Positions 35,810 through 49,550 are shown, counted from the first letter of the whole stretch. The stretch is DNA of 53,540 bases, filler included, from Squatina squatina (GCA_031763465.1; 2 parts of 2 records of this genome joined end to end with filler, not necessarily neighbours in it); one strand, 5' to 3'. Notes: generated by a model not told the origin, from the sequence alone. Program-made: numbers and translations.

Positions 35810-37289
35810 NNNNNNNNNNNNNNNNNNNNNNNNNNNNNNNNNNNNNNNNNNNNNNNNNNNNNNNNNNNNNNNNNNNNNNNNNNNNNNNNNNNNNNNNNNN
35901 NNNNNNNNNTAGAAGCTTATGCTGATAGATTTAGATGTGGAAAGACGGGAGAAGGTGCGAGCGGAGCATAAACGCCGATGTGGACTAGATGGGCGGAATT
36001 AATGAGTTAATAATGAAAATGTAACGAACTTTGCACCAACGCGGCTACTACAGCTTTAGCCCTTTGACACCTTACCGTTTCATAAGAGAAAACAGGTAAT
36101 ACTGGCGTAATCCAGTAAATGAGGCTGCAGTGTAATGACACTAAAGGCTAGCTGAGGTTAATGGATATTTGAAAACTGTCCACTGCAATAACCTGGAATG
36201 TTTGTTTTAAATTAACTTCTTTTCGTATCTCTTGAACTTGATCATTTTTCCATTGAGATTCCCTGGTAAAAGTTGCCAGAAAGTCAGACGTGCTTTGAAG
36301 TGAAATTCTCACCTAAAATTGAATACCCCGAACCAATAGTCAAAAGCTTCATGATTTTAATAAAGAAATGCACAGAATGGGTGAAAGTGAAGAAATCTTG
36401 CTGGTAAGACTAGAATGACAGATCATAATTAAAATACATTGAAAGCTATTTCAGAAAGTAGAGGAAACCAAAGTTCAGTCACAATACAATTACTGCTGTC
36501 ATGGAGACTGTAAGGATTTGTGATTATCTGTTTCAGTTAGCATCTTTTGATCCTTTCTGATTTGCAAAGAATCATTTGAAATACAGNNNNNNNNNNNNNN
36601 NNNNNNNNNNNNNNNNNNNNNNNNNNNNNNNNNNNNNNNNNNNNNNNNNNNNNNNNNNNNNNNNNNNNNNNNNNNNNNNNNNNNNNTTGCAGAGGTGTAG
36701 AGTTGAGTGACCCGAACTCATGGCAAGAATTTAAATCAGTCATGAGCCTGTCTTGCCCAAAGCTGCAAAGTGACTGCCTCGGTGTTTTTTTTCACAAAAA
36801 GGGGTTGACATGCTATGACTGACAGTTTTAAAGGTTAATCATTTACCAAAGCTGGCAGACTTGTGGGATTTTCTGCTGATGATGGACAAGCCGCATGTAA
36901 AGTTACTTCCCACCCGGAGACTCCAGCAATTTTACAATTTCAGCCTGTTAAGTCCAGTGGCACCTAAAACAGACGAGTGGATCAGAGCAGAAAGAATTTC
37001 ATTATACTGGAAACCCATGACAAATGCGAAACTGTTACTGATGGACAGAGACAATGGCACAGATTTAATATAATTCATATGCTTTATATGTCCGCTAAGC
37101 AATATGCTTTTTCTAATATCATGTATGTAGTGAGCGCTCAAAAGGCAACTGGACCCCAGAGGGGAAATAATTCCTATCATTTATTTTTGCTTTTCCATTT
37201 AAGTACTGTCATGTTTTATCATCAGTNNNNNNNNNNAACTAAGTAACAGAATTGTTGTGGTGTCTGGGAGGGATTCGTGTAAAGAAGAG

Positions 37290-37500
37290 GGAGAAAGGCG
37301 CCTCCCGTTAGCGCCTGTGGGGGGCGGTAACGGGACGTTAAGGGGTTACCGACCAAGTGCGGCGAATTCGCCGATGCCCGCGAACTTCCCTGGAGGGTTT
37401 GTGCTGGCGCTAACACTTACCGCCTCGCTCTCTTGCTCCCCGTAGATCGTGACGTCATCCGTCCCGTTAGCGCCCAGGATGTGATATTCGTTCCCGCGTC
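37290..37500. mobile_element. CpG-rich non-autonomous DNA transposon (MITE-like) fragment
   Basis: Repeated CCCGTTAGCGCC motifs with inverted GGCGCTAAC/GGCGGTAACGGG in AT-rich context. Confidence 0.45.
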
Positions 37501-38429
37501 TTGCAGCATCGCCGGACGTCAACAACAGCTTGGGAAGCGATATTCAAAGGCATTGGTGGTCAGGTAGGGCAAATCTTATTACTCTCCCCAGTGTGGTGCC
37601 TTCTGATTTCTTTTGACCCCGCGATTCATCANNNNNNNNNNNNNNNNNNNNNNNNNNNNNNNNNNNNNNNNNNNNNNNNNNNNNNNNNNNNNNNNNNNNN
37701 NNNNNNNNNNNNNNNNNNNNNNNNNNNNNNNTTCAGGTACAGGCACCTTTGTGGCATCGGTTTTGAAGAATGCATTTTCCTCAGTTTACTGATCCTTAAC
37801 CCACCCCAGAATGGGCAGTAGTTTCGAGCAGAATCAGATACCCAAGTACTGCACAACTCAAGACTATTACTTGAGGCAGTCTCATTTTATGTACAAGATG
37901 TACTTTCTGGCTGTGCTATTTTTCTGAAAGTACATTAACTACCATGAATATTTCAGCCAGTCATTCCACTCTCCTGTGAGTCACTGCTGTCTATCCAGCC
38001 CCTTCCTTCTACCAATGGTATTAACTAACAGGTCCAGATAGATGATCATTCGATTCTATTTGCAAAATGGGTATTACTTTAATTAACACTTCCATGAAAT
38101 TTCCCACTCCAATTACAAGCAGTAATGTCTGGAGTATTAAGGTCTGTCTGCACCTGCCTGTAATTTCATTGCTGTAATAAAAAATGAACGGAAGGTGATC
38201 AGTCAATTGCCCTGTGGAAATAAGAGAAAACTGAAATCATACTGCTGAGTGTTAAAATGAAGGTAGGAGGAGAGAAGATAGAAAAGAGGAGAGAGGAAAA
38301 AGGAGAGGAGAAAGAGAAAAGAATAGATTCACCCCCCTGAATTGCTCTATAAAGCCTACAATAAATATAATTGTCTTCTCACACCAATTGTGTTTGGGAG
38401 GCTTGGGGATAGTTTTAAGAAGGTAAAAA

Positions 38430-38566
38430 ATAAGAAGCAGGAGTAGGTCATTAAGCCCTTTGCACCTGTTCTGCCATTCAACAAGACCATGACTGATCTT
38501 TTACCTCAACTCCACTTTCCCGCCCTATCCCCATATCCCTTGATTCCCATAGTATCAAAAAATCTC
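38430..38566 (-). mobile_element. CR1 3' end
   Basis: AGCAGGAGTAGGTCATT...CCCTATCCCCATATCCCTTGATTCC on the + strand. Confidence 0.7.
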
Positions 38567-39464
38567 TGGGCGGCCAATTCGTCCTTTTTTGGACACTAAC
38601 TTTATCGATCAGAAATTCGGGTCCGGTTAACGCTGGCGCTAAATGGGTGTTGCACCTCTAGCGCTGGAAACTCAGTGTCCAGCGCTAGATGCCGTCANNN
38701 NNNNNNNNNNNNNNNNNNNNNNNNNNNNNNNNNNNNNNNNNNNNNNNNNNNNNNNNNNNNNNNNNNNNNNNNNNNNNNNNNNNNNNNNNNNNNNNNNTTC
38801 TGGGAGGTTTTTTGTGTCCTCCTTTGTGAAGACAGAGCTGAAGTATGTGTTTGCGCTCATGTCTCCAGATCATTAGTCCAGACCTCTGGATCACTAGTCC
38901 AGTAACATAGCCACTCGGTTACCATTTCCTGTTTTACTATGTTAAAGGCGCTCAATAAATGCAAGTTGTTGTTGTTGCATTGAGGCACACAGAACTGTGT
39001 GTAAGCATTCACACAGGAACAAGGCCGTTTGTAAAATATATCCCCCTGGATCCTGACATTAATTTTTAATCATTTGATTTGCTCAGTAATGAGAAGCAGC
39101 CATTAACTGCTTTGGTGAGTCCATGAGCACTTTGCGTTGCCAGGTGATTATCCCAGGAGGCTATTTTCTGTCGATTAAAATAGATATGAAGGCAGAAATA
39201 ACAATAAGGATGGACAATATAAATTAGGTTTCATTCTCTTTTTAAATAGGTTTTTAACAAGTCATTAAGTCGAATTTTCGTGTGTTTTACCGAACCACAC
39301 TGACTCTACCTAGAAGGAAAAAATACACTAAATATATAAGGCGCAGAAGTCCCTTTTGTCCCAGATTTAATGCCAGCTTGGTTTTTTTTGGTGGGTTAAG
39401 AGTTCACTGCAGTCTTTGAGAACAAAATGCAGTCGGGAAGAGTTGCTCAATTATACCCCACGTT

Positions 39465-39740
39465 AACTATAAATGAACCATAAGGAATTCAGGAGAAACG
39501 TCTTTCATCAGAGAGTGGTGAAAATGTGGAACTCGTTACCACAAGGAGTAGTTGAGGTGAATAGCGTAGATGCATTTGAAGGGATGCTAGATAAGAACAT
39601 GAGGGAGAAAGGAACAGAGGATATGTTGATGGGGTGAGATGAAGAGGAGTGGGAGGAGGCTCGTGTGGAGCATAAACACGGGCACGGACCAGTTGGGCTG
39701 AATGGCCTGTTTCTGTGAGGGACATTCGATGTAATTCTCA
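39465..39740 (+). mobile_element. CR1 3' end
   Basis: CAGAGAGTGGTGAAAATGTGGAACTCG...GGGCTGAATGGCCTGTTTCTGTG. Confidence 0.8.
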
Positions 39741-39975
39741 GAGGTGCCTTTTTTTCATATAAGACATTAAACCGAGCCCGCGTCTGCCTGTTCAGGTGGA
39801 CATAAAACATCCCATGGCACTAATCAAGGAGCGGCAAGAAATTCTCCCGGTGTTCTCGTCGATGCTCCTCCCCCAACCAAAATGTACGCTGACAAATTAA
39901 CTGGTCCTTCACCTTACTGTGAGATCTTGCTGTGTGCAAAATGCCCGTCACTTTCACTACGTAACTTCAGCACTT
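39741..39975 (+). mobile_element. DeuSINE internal fragment
   Basis: ACATTAAACCGAG...CAGGTGGACATAAAACATCCCATGGCAC, colinear with the 22181 copy. Confidence 0.65.
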
Positions 39976-39984
39976 ATTTGTTTT

Positions 39985-40314
39985 TTTATTCGTTCCTGGG
40001 GTGTGGGCATCGCTGGCAAGGCCAACATTTATTGCCCATCCCTAATTGACCTTGAGAAGGTGATGGTGAGCCGCCATCTGCAACTGCGGCAGTCTGCGTG
40101 GTGAAGGTACCCCCACAGTGCTGTTAGGAAGGGAGCTCCAGGATTTTGACCCAACGACGGTGAAGGAACGGCGATGTGTTTCCAAGTCAGGATGGTGTGT
40201 GACTTGGAGGAGAACTTTCAGGCGATGGTGCTCCCATGCGTCTGCTGCCCTTGTCCTTCTAGATGGTAGAGGTCGCAGGTTTGGGAGGTGCTGCCGAAGA
40301 GGCCATGGTGAGTT
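39985..40314 (-). mobile_element. LINE (CR1/L2 group) 3' end
   Basis: Minus-strand end GGGCAATAAATGTTGGCCTTGCCAGCGATGCCCACACCCC preceded by ORF2-end similarity. Confidence 0.7.
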
Positions 40315-41059
40315 NNNNNNNNNNNNNNNNNNNNNNNNNNNNNNNNNNNNNNNNNNNNNNNNNNNNNNNNNNNNNNNNNNNNNNNNNNNNNNNNNNNNNN
40401 NNNNNNNNNNNNNNACTCCATTATCATTGCATCATGTGACTACCAGGATGGCAGAAGATGAACTAACTTGGACTTTTTCCGTCTAGCAATTCCTAATGTC
40501 GAAAACATTCCAGTTCCAGATATCTCAACTGACAGGTGGCAGTGTGAACCTCCCGATAGAGTCCAGAAATAAAAATACAGAGGCACTTGCATCATTTTAG
40601 TTGGTGTCAGACAGACCTATTAGAATGAGCTGACACTAAATCCAAACCAAATATTCAGCCATGATTGACATTCGATATCTCTAGAGGAAAAAGGCATGAA
40701 ATATAAATGCAGATTCAGTTGATATTTCTAATGCAATGAAAAATCTGACTGAGCCTGAATTTCTGATCCGTTTCACACCCCAGCTCATTTTCAGAACTGT
40801 CGGCTCGACTCACCTTGTTAAAACATTGATCTGACTCAAAGGATGTCAATGGAAACCTTGCTGCCTCACTGCACAAAGGCACATCTTTATGCGGGCCGGG
40901 AATCAGGGGAGAGCGGGGGGGAGCCGAAGCGGACTGCGAACCATCTGCCTCCCACCCCGNNNNNNNNNNNNNNNNNNNNNNNNNNNNNNNNNNNNNNNNN
41001 NNNNNNNNNNNNNNNNNNNNNNNNNNNNNNNNNNNNNNNNNNNNNNNNNNNNNNNNNNN

Positions 41060-41385
41060 AGGGCTCTAACACCCGCTGGTGGCGAGAAGTGCCTAGTTCA
41101 TGGAATTCGAGTGGCGTGTAAGTCGGTGTCAGCCCGGCATTGGAGGCTGGGTGCCGGCAGCTGGGGGTGCGGCGTCGCAAGGCGATGATGACGTCATCAG
41201 GCTGCGCAACGCCGACTGGGCGCCAGGTAAGTAAATTGGTCAGCGCCTTCGATGTAAAAAGGGTGGCGTGGCCCATACCAGGATTTTTTTGAGCGCTGAC
41301 ACCCCGCATCGGTCCTGAGATGGCGCTATTTAAATGGGGCCAGATGTCGGCCATTTTAAGTCGCCGACTTTTACCGTTGTTGGAG
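41060..41385. mobile_element. CpG-rich DNA-transposon subterminal fragment
   Basis: CpG-dense block at a contig start with repeated GTCGG/CCGAC motifs. Confidence 0.4.
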
Positions 41386-42289
41386 TGCAGCCAACCTCAG
41401 CTCCTCAGTCAGAACTGGTCTCGCCAGTGCAGGTGTGAATCAGCTGACAGGTGACGCGCCACTTGTTGCAATGGGTGTAGCTCTTGCTACAGCAGCCATG
41501 AAGAAATTGAACATTTGCCAAAGTATCTGCAGTGAATAAATGCAATGGATACACACTGCAGTACAACAGCACTGGCAGTGACCTGAACAGCAGTCTGCAC
41601 TGACTTTCGACATTACCTTTAAGGGCTGGGGTGGTCTGGAAACTGATTAACTCACATCATATTGTTCAATGAATTGGCCCCGTTGAAACTGCCTCACCCC
41701 CTTAGCGCCACAGCTGAGTCAAGTTGCGTTGAAATGAAGCCCCGTCAGCATCACGCCAGGTAAAAATTACTAAAGGGACCAAATCTGCGAATTTTCATAC
41801 CAGCGCTGAAACGGCACACAAATCACACCATTTCGGGACCAGTGTGGTGCTGTCCAATTGGGCCCCGCTCTGAGTCTAGCGATAATGTCCTTTTTTGTCG
41901 ATCTTGCAAGTATGGATAATTCATGCGCTGTTCCTCTGAAAATCTGAGAAAAATATTGCAATGTATGGAATAGCAGTGTCCAATAATGCAGCAGTTTAAA
42001 AATTCTGCAGTGATATTCCTTTCCAAGCTCAAGTCCACACTAGTCAAAGAGATTGTACACAATAATAGCACTCAGAATGAAGGTTGCACCATTTACTCAA
42101 ACATAACTAATTTCCCATTAAATACTGTAAATACCTTTCATCAAAGGCCACCGATTAAAATGGCCTTCAAAGACTACCTNNNNNNNNNNNNNNNNNNNNN
42201 NNNNNNNNNNNNNNNNNNNNNNNNNNNNNNNNNNNNNNNNNNNNNNNNNNNNNNNNNNNNNNNNNNNNNNNNNNNNNNNATGTTTCTAT

Positions 42290-42600
42290 GTTTCTATAAG
42301 AGCAAGGGAGTCCTCTCCGGTGTCCTGGCCAATATTTATCAATAGAAAAACAGATTATCCAGTCATTTATCTCATGGCTGTTTGTGGGAGCTTGCAATGT
42401 GAAAATCTACTGCTGCTTTTCCAGCAGTGCAACAGCGACTGCACTTCAGACTGCAGGGCTGGGGAGGGCCAAGGCAATGGAGGTAATTTCAAAACAAGGA
42501 TGAGAATTTTAAAACTGAGATGTTGTTGGACTGGGAGCCAATGGAGGTCAGCAAGCACTGACATGATTGGTGAGCGGGGGTTGGATCGAGTTAGGATATG
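42290..42600. mobile_element. DeuSINE fragment (+) abutting an L2 fragment (-)
   Basis: GTCCTGGCCAATATTTATC...GCTGTTTGTGGGAGCTTGC, then minus-strand VLADLHWLPVQQHLSFKILILV (L2 ORF2 LHWLP motif). Confidence 0.7.
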
Positions 42601-45319
42601 GGCAGAGTATTGGATGGCTGCAGTGATAGCCTAGTGTGATCGCTTTGAGCAGTCCATTTCCCACCCGAGCAATTAGAAAGTGCGGAGAATTGCATAAAGT
42701 GCCCTTGACTTGCCCTGTCATTTCATTTTTGCTCCTTTGGAATACGCACCTCTTCAAACTGCTCCCACTGAAGTCGAGAGCTTTCATTTTTGGGCTGAAT
42801 AGAGTGATACCACTATTCCCAGCCAGAATTGAAATGATTAATTCCCCCGTCAAACACTGCTGTCAGTGACTGGGATCGATTTTGCGCAAATCATTTGTAT
42901 TATGTAACTATCCTCCACTCACTGCATTTTGGAGGAGAAACTGACCCGCTTTCATCGGCAGACATTGTTGCAGTTTCAGTCATGAGTTCTGTTTGCTGTA
43001 TTTTATAGAGATTCTTTTTAAGTAGACTCTGCGGACTGTTTGCTGTAGTGCGATGTTTAGCAGTATTTACTGATTGCTGAGTAAATAGACTTTGCTGTAA
43101 AATTGCTGCGAGTCCTGCCGTAAGTCCCACCCCATCTCCAGCTCATTGGCTTACACAATGCAACACATTGGCCGACACAGTGGTGTCAATAGACAATNNN
43201 NNNNNNNNNNNNNNNNNNNNNNNNNNNNNNNNNNNNNNNNNNNNNNNNNNNNNNNNNNNNNNNNNNNNNNNNNNNNNNNNNNNNNNNNNNNNNNNNNCAG
43301 AGGGTTTTCTCCGACGAATACATTATCATAAGTCCAGGTCCCTCGGACCCACTAGATCCGTGGGGTGGAGTTGCATTAGGCGCAGCCGAAGCAGATTCCA
43401 CCTGTACCGATCTAAAAACACTTACATAGTCACCTCAACTGCTCCAAATGGAGCAAGAGGAGAGGTGTTGGACCAATACGGTGCTTCAGTGCAAAGGATC
43501 CCGCGGGATCCTTTTCCAGGGATTCCGTGGCTCTTCCGCAACAGTTACAATGGATGAGCTGGAGGATCCCCATGGAAATTCAACCCCAAAGTCTTTAGCT
43601 CCCATGCTAAATAGGTGGCTTGTACATTTTAAATGACGATCAGCCTTGTAACCTCAGTGCAGTAGCACATACGTGAAGAATCTGTTGTTCGATTGCCCGT
43701 CTCGATTTGATGCAGGGATTTATTTTTTAATTTAGAAGCTCGAGTAATGGAATGAGGTCCCATTGTGCAGGATAACACACAGACTGAATAAGTAGCAGAG
43801 GAGATAAGGTGGTTAGACGATAGCAAGTTTTAAAAGATTTAAGGATTCATCACATTTAGTTTTGCTTCTTGGTACATAAATGTGCTTGGAATAGATTTCT
43901 GTTGCAAAACAGAGGTTAATTTACGTTTTAGAATTCTATCGAATGACACACAGGATTAAAATTAATAGCTAATTCTTGTAATAATGCATCATTTCCATAT
44001 TCTGTATTCCTCATTAATTTTAATTACACATGGGCTTTTGGGCTATTAATCAACATGGATTTTGCACTTAGCAGTGCTGATGTCATAACGGCTGTCAAAA
44101 CAATGGAGCGTGATGGAAGAGTGCAGGGGCATGGAGTCTGTTTTAGTCACAGGAAGAACATTATCTGATCTATATTAAGAGTTATTAAACCATCACTCGT
44201 CCTTGCACATGGTCGACAGACACCTGTCTTCAATTTATTTCTCAAACCATCCATTTAATGATCACTAAGGCACACTGGGCATTGCAAAACAAGNNNNNNN
44301 NNNNNNNNNNNNNNNNNNNNNNNNNNNNNNNNNNNNNNNNNNNNNNNNNNNNNNNNNNNNNNNNNNNNNNNNNNNNNNNNNNNNNNNNNNNNNTTTCTAC
44401 AAACTGAAAAATTCCCAGGAATAGAGGACTGGGCGGGACTGGAAAGGTCCGAGTGACCGTGAGGAAAATGCGGACATAATATTGCCTGCCCAATATTGTT
44501 TACCTCTGGCTTTTAGAACCAAAAGGGTTATAGATTGATTCTATGGAGTTATCACAGCCTTTCCACTCTGCTTGTAGATATCGCCAATCTGAACTTGCAC
44601 TTTGTGATACGATTACTTTAAAGTAAGCACATCGGTGCTTTTGAGCCTAACACTTGTTATTTATTAGGCTCTAAATTAAGCCCAACAAAAATAAGAAATG
44701 GTGTGTAAGAACCACCTTGAGATTGGCATAGTGCTGCCAGTGATTGCAGCCAGAATTCACTGAATTGTCAAAACTCTCCTCAACCATCTGAGGAAGGAAA
44801 GCAAAACAGCATTTTAAAATAAACTGTTCTTAATAAACTGCTTTTGTAACACATTGACAGGGTTGATATTTTAAAGTCCTTGTCATATTTAGCAGTCCCC
44901 TGTGTAAGGGACAGAGTCTCAACACACCATTCCTCAAAGCCGTTGTACAATCAGCAAATGAAAGATAATGCTTGACAGGAAACCATCCTCATTTCTGTGA
45001 GATACACAGTCAGGTCCCCTAGGAAAGGCCATAGCATGACAGGAAGAGATAAAGTTTGACTTAACACTACAGGATTTTTTGCAAATCAATATCAACAGAA
45101 GCTGCTGCTGATGTACGTTTCCTGGTCTAGTGTGTGTTTCATAGTCTACCCCAGGGTTTCCAAACTGAGAAACAGAAAGAAAGGAGGAAACAAATGTGAT
45201 TATCTANNNNNNNNNNNNNNNNNNNNNNNNNNNNNNNNNNNNNNNNNNNNNNNNNNNNNNNNNNNNNNNNNNNNNNNNNNNNNNNNNNNNNNNNNNNNNN
45301 NNNNNNCCCTGCAAAATAT

Positions 45320-45512
45320 TGCCATGGGATCACTTAGGTCCAGCTGAGACTGGGCCTCAGTTTAACTTAACATTGAAAGATGGCACCTCTGGCAGTGCAG
45401 CACTCAACTGAAGTGTTAGCCTAGATTTTATGCTCAGTGACACTGGAGTGGGACCTGAACCCACAACCTTCCACCTCCAACGATGAGCGTGCTACCAACT
45501 GAGCCACTGGCT
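45320..45512 (-). mobile_element. DeuSINE 5' half
   Basis: Minus strand TGGCTCAGTTGGTAGCACGCTC...GTGGGTTCAGGTCCCACTCCAG. Confidence 0.7.
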
Positions 45513-46194
45513 GATAGCTGGTAATAATGTTATCAGATGATTGTCACATGATCAGATCCAAATATCCCTCCAAAAGACCTTAAAACATTGGATCAAAATG
45601 AAGTCAAATTTCCACCACACAAATCGTAACAAAGGATTCAGTCTCTTCAACAACAGTTGGTTGTGAGCCATCTGCTTGTTCATTTTATCTGCCCATCCAG
45701 ACGCTACTTTTTAAAGATATTAAACCCGAGCCTAGGATAATCTAGCCCAAGAAACTCTTTGTTTGCTGCAAATTGAATCACCAAACTGCTCTTAAAAACT
45801 ATTTTTTTAAGGACAGAACCAGCAAACTAAGATTTAATTCACGTGGAGGAGCTGATTCAGACTGCAAATTGGTGTATTAACTCTACATCACAGTGGAAAG
45901 TGCCTCAAGTCATTCATTAGCTTCACACTGACAGACAGCTGTTTAACCTTATTGTCTTAATTCCCCAATGAAACACGGTAATGTAGAAGACCTGCACTGA
46001 GCTAGCAACCACAGCTACCTTAAGGATTAGCTTTGGTTTGGAGATGTATTCTGTTATTGAGTTTTATAATGAAACACGTCTTCAATTTACGAGTATCCAC
46101 TGCAATGAATGCTTTAGCTCCGAGATCAGATTTTCAAGCAATACCGGGTGCTTTTTTTATATAATTGAGTAGGGACATGGGGAGAGTAAACATT

Positions 46195-46439
46195 AACATT
46201 AAGACTGAACAGGCTGGGGCTCTATTCTCTAGAAAAGAGAAGATTGAGGGGTCACCTGATAAAGGTCTTTAAGAGTATGCAAGAGTCGATGTAGAGAAGA
46301 TGTTCCCACTGACGGTCGAGACCAGAACTAGGGGGCCATCAATATAAGATTGTCACTAATAAATCCAATAGGGACTTCAGGAGAAACTTCTTTACCCAGA
46401 GAGTGGTGAGAATGTGGAACTCGCTACCACAGGGAGTAG
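46195..46439 (+). mobile_element. CR1 ORF2 C-terminal fragment
   Basis: LNRLGLYSLEKRRLRGHLIKVFK...RNFFTQRVVRMWNSLPQ. Confidence 0.85.
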
Positions 46440-46539
46440 NNNNNNNNNNNNNNNNNNNNNNNNNNNNNNNNNNNNNNNNNNNNNNNNNNNNNNNNNNNNN
46501 NNNNNNNNNNNNNNNNNNNNNNNNNNNNNNNNNNNNNNN

Positions 46540-47498
46540 CTGCTAAGAGCTAAGAACGGAGAGGTGTTCATCAAGGACAGAGAAGCAGTCAGCACCCACT
46601 GGAAGGAACACTTTAAAGATCTCCTCAACCAAGACTCTGTCTTCGACGTAAGTGTCCTTGACTCCATTCCACAGCATGCTATCTGCCACTATCTTGGTAC
46701 AACCCCAGCCCAACATGAGGTTGAAAAGGCCAACAGCTGAAAAACAACAAGGCCTCCGGAGCAGATGAAGTCCCCGCCGAAGCACTAAGAATGGCGGAGA
46801 AGTAATCTTGGTGTGAATCCATGACCTCATCTCCCTTATCTGGGAGGAGAAGAGCATGCCAGGGGATCTTAGAGATGCCATAATTGTGACCATCATCAAG
46901 AAAGGAGACAAGTCCAATTGTGGTAATTACGGCGGGGTCTCCCTGCTGTCCGCCACAGGGAAGGTCATCGCAAGAATCCTCCTCAACCATCTCTTCCCAG
47001 TGGCTGAAGAGCTCCCCCCAAAGTCACAATGAGGATTCCGCCCATCAAGAGGCACAATGGGCGTGATCTTCAGCGTGCGATAAATCAAAGAAAAATGCAG
47101 AGAGCAGCATCAACCGCTGTACATGACCTTCTTTGACCTCACAAAGGCCTTTGACTCAGTCAACCGGGAGGGATTATGGAGTGTCCTTCTCAAATTTGGT
47201 TGTTCTCAAAAATTTGTCACCATCCTCATGATGACATGGAAGCTGTGATCCTCATCAAAGGATCCACCACAGGCCCAATACAAGGGCAGACTGGGGTCAA
47301 GCAAGGCTGTGTCATCGCACCAATGTCCTTCTCCATCTTCCTCGCTGCAACACTCCAACTCACGTCTAACAAGCCCCCCGCTGGAGTGGAGTTAATCTAC
47401 AGGATGAGCGGGAAACTGTTCAACCTCTGTCGCCTCCAGTCCAAAACCAAGTTCACTCCAAACTCTGTCATTGAGTTACAATATGCAGATGACGCTTG
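46540..47498 (+). mobile_element. RTE-clade LINE reverse transcriptase fragment, frameshifted
   Basis: KKGDKSNCGNY, FFDLTKAFDSVNR, GVKQGCVIAP and LQYADDA motifs. Confidence 0.9.
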
Positions 47499-47944
47499 NN
47501 NNNNNNNNNNNNNNNNNNNNNNNNNNNNNNNNNNNNNNNNNNNNNNNNNNNNNNNNNNNNNNNNNNNNNNNNNNNNNNNNNNNNNNNNNNNNNNNNNNTC
47601 CTATTAATGTAGGTGATGGAGCACATAGGCCAGCATGGATACAATCTAACCTCCTGGAACTCCAGGAATACTAGAGCATTGCAAAGCCCTCTTATGCTGG
47701 TGCTGGTTGTCCACGAGGAAAGATATGAAATTGCTTGCTCATATGTCACTTACTTGATACATGTATGGATAGTCAAAGTACAAAAATCCAAGGCGGTTTT
47801 GACCTTATAGTCACATGCCGTGCCGTACTTACTGCAGGTACGGTTGGAGTATGCAAAATAACTCAGTCACAACATTCCTTGTAAATTGCAGCCTCTGCAG
47901 GAAAGGCTCCTCTGACCAATATAGATCTGTGCACCTGTTCCTGT

Positions 47945-48216
47945 AGATTAGGGGGTCGGTAACCAGACGTCACAGATTTAAAATAATTGGCAGAAGAACT
48001 AGAGTGGAAATGAGGAGAAATTATTTCACACAGAGGGTTATGATCTGAACGCACTATCTGAAAGGGTGGTGGCATCAGGTTCCATAGGAACTTTCAAAAG
48101 GCAATTGGACATGTATTTGAAGAGAACTACAGTAATTTGCAGGATTATGAGGAAAAAGCTGGGGGTGTGGGACTAAGTTGGATAGCTCTTTCAAAGATTC
48201 TGCACAGGCATGACGG
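47945..48216 (+). mobile_element. CR1 3' fragment
   Basis: TTCACACAGAGGGTT...GGATAGCTCTTTCAAAGA...GCACAGGCATGA. Confidence 0.7.
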
Positions 48217-48472
48217 NNNNNNNNNNNNNNNNNNNNNNNNNNNNNNNNNNNNNNNNNNNNNNNNNNNNNNNNNNNNNNNNNNNNNNNNNNNNNNNNNNNN
48301 NNNNNNNNNNNNNNNNAGCTTGAAGGACAGTAACTTGCTGTAGTTTCCAATATTGTGTCAACCACACCATAATCAAAAAGCTAACGCTTTAAGTGAAAGA
48401 AGGATGCTAGCTGAATATTAAAAATGTAGCTTTTCCTGCCTGTTTATGCTTTCTGTCATTTCTTTCCCACAG

Positions 48473-49032
48473 GTGGTTTTTGCCTGGGATTAAATCAGGA
48501 AGGTGCGGCGGGCAGCCTGTCCTGGACTGGAGTAATGTTTGGTGTGATTGCCAGTTTATGTGTGTCCCTGAATGCCATATACACAAAGAAGGTTCTGCCG
48601 GCTGTAGATGGCAGTATTTGGAGACTAACCTACTACAACAATGTCAACGCTTGCATATTGTTTATTCCATTAGTTATAATCACCGGGGAATTGAAAACAC
48701 TCTATTACTTTGACAAGATGAACAGCAGTAGCTTTTGGGGTATGATGATCTTGGGCGGTGTGTTTGGTTTTGCTATCGGGTATGTCACGGGGCTACAGAT
48801 CAAATTCACCAGCCCCTTGACCCACAACGTCTCTGGCACTGCCAAAGCTTGTGCACAAACTATTCTGGCAGTGTCTTACTACGAAGAGGTCAAGACCTTT
48901 TTCTGGTGGACTAGTAACCTGATGGTCCTCTTCGGCTCCTTTGCCTACACCTGGGTGAAGGGACTAGAGATGAAGAAAACCCAAGACGAGACGCTGAATA
49001 AAAACCGTGAGAGGAATGAAGCCAAAGTCTAA
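48473..49032 (+). CDS. SLC35C1: GDP-fucose transporter 1, last coding exon
   Basis: tctttcccacag| acceptor; [18 protein letters not shown]...[21 protein letters not shown]...[22 protein letters not shown]...*. Confidence 0.95.
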
Positions 49033-49142
49033 AGCAAAAGGGNNNNNNNNNNNNNNNNNNNNNNNNNNNNNNNNNNNNNNNNNNNNNNNNNNNNNNNNNN
49101 NNNNNNNNNNNNNNNNNNNNNNNNNNNNNNNNNNNNNNNNNN

Positions 49143-49245
49143 GTACAGCAATCCAGTATTCAGAGCCAATGGTTCACTCTCAGCTCGCCGGGGTTCGAAC
49201 CCTACACCTCCTGACTCAGAGGCAGGAATACCACCACTGAGCCAA
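49143..49245 (-). mobile_element. tRNA-derived SINE head
   Basis: Minus strand TGGCTCAGTGGTGG (A box) and GGTTCGAACCC (B box); no acceptor stem. Confidence 0.55.
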
Positions 49246-49550
49246 TGGTCACCCCGACCTGACATGAGTCCCCTGCCCGATGTCAGCCTCGTGCTGCTAA
49301 AAATCCAGAAGCGCCCATTTATGGATGTGAAGCACTTTGAGATGTTTGGTAGGCGTAATAATTTGGTATATAAATGCAAGTCTTAATTTTTAATATAAAA
49401 TATGTTGACACACTGCAAATGTCACTTCTGAAAGCCCACAGGTGTATCTTGTGNNNNNNNNNNGATAAGTAACGATGACTACCAAAACCATTCTATCTAA
49501 GGTCTGATCTGTAATCCTGGTTATCCCATATTTTCAAACTTTTTTTTTAG

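Noticed and set aside
49143-49245. tRNA gene
   Set aside because: A and B boxes are present but there is no cloverleaf or acceptor stem; it matches the SINE heads elsewhere in the window.
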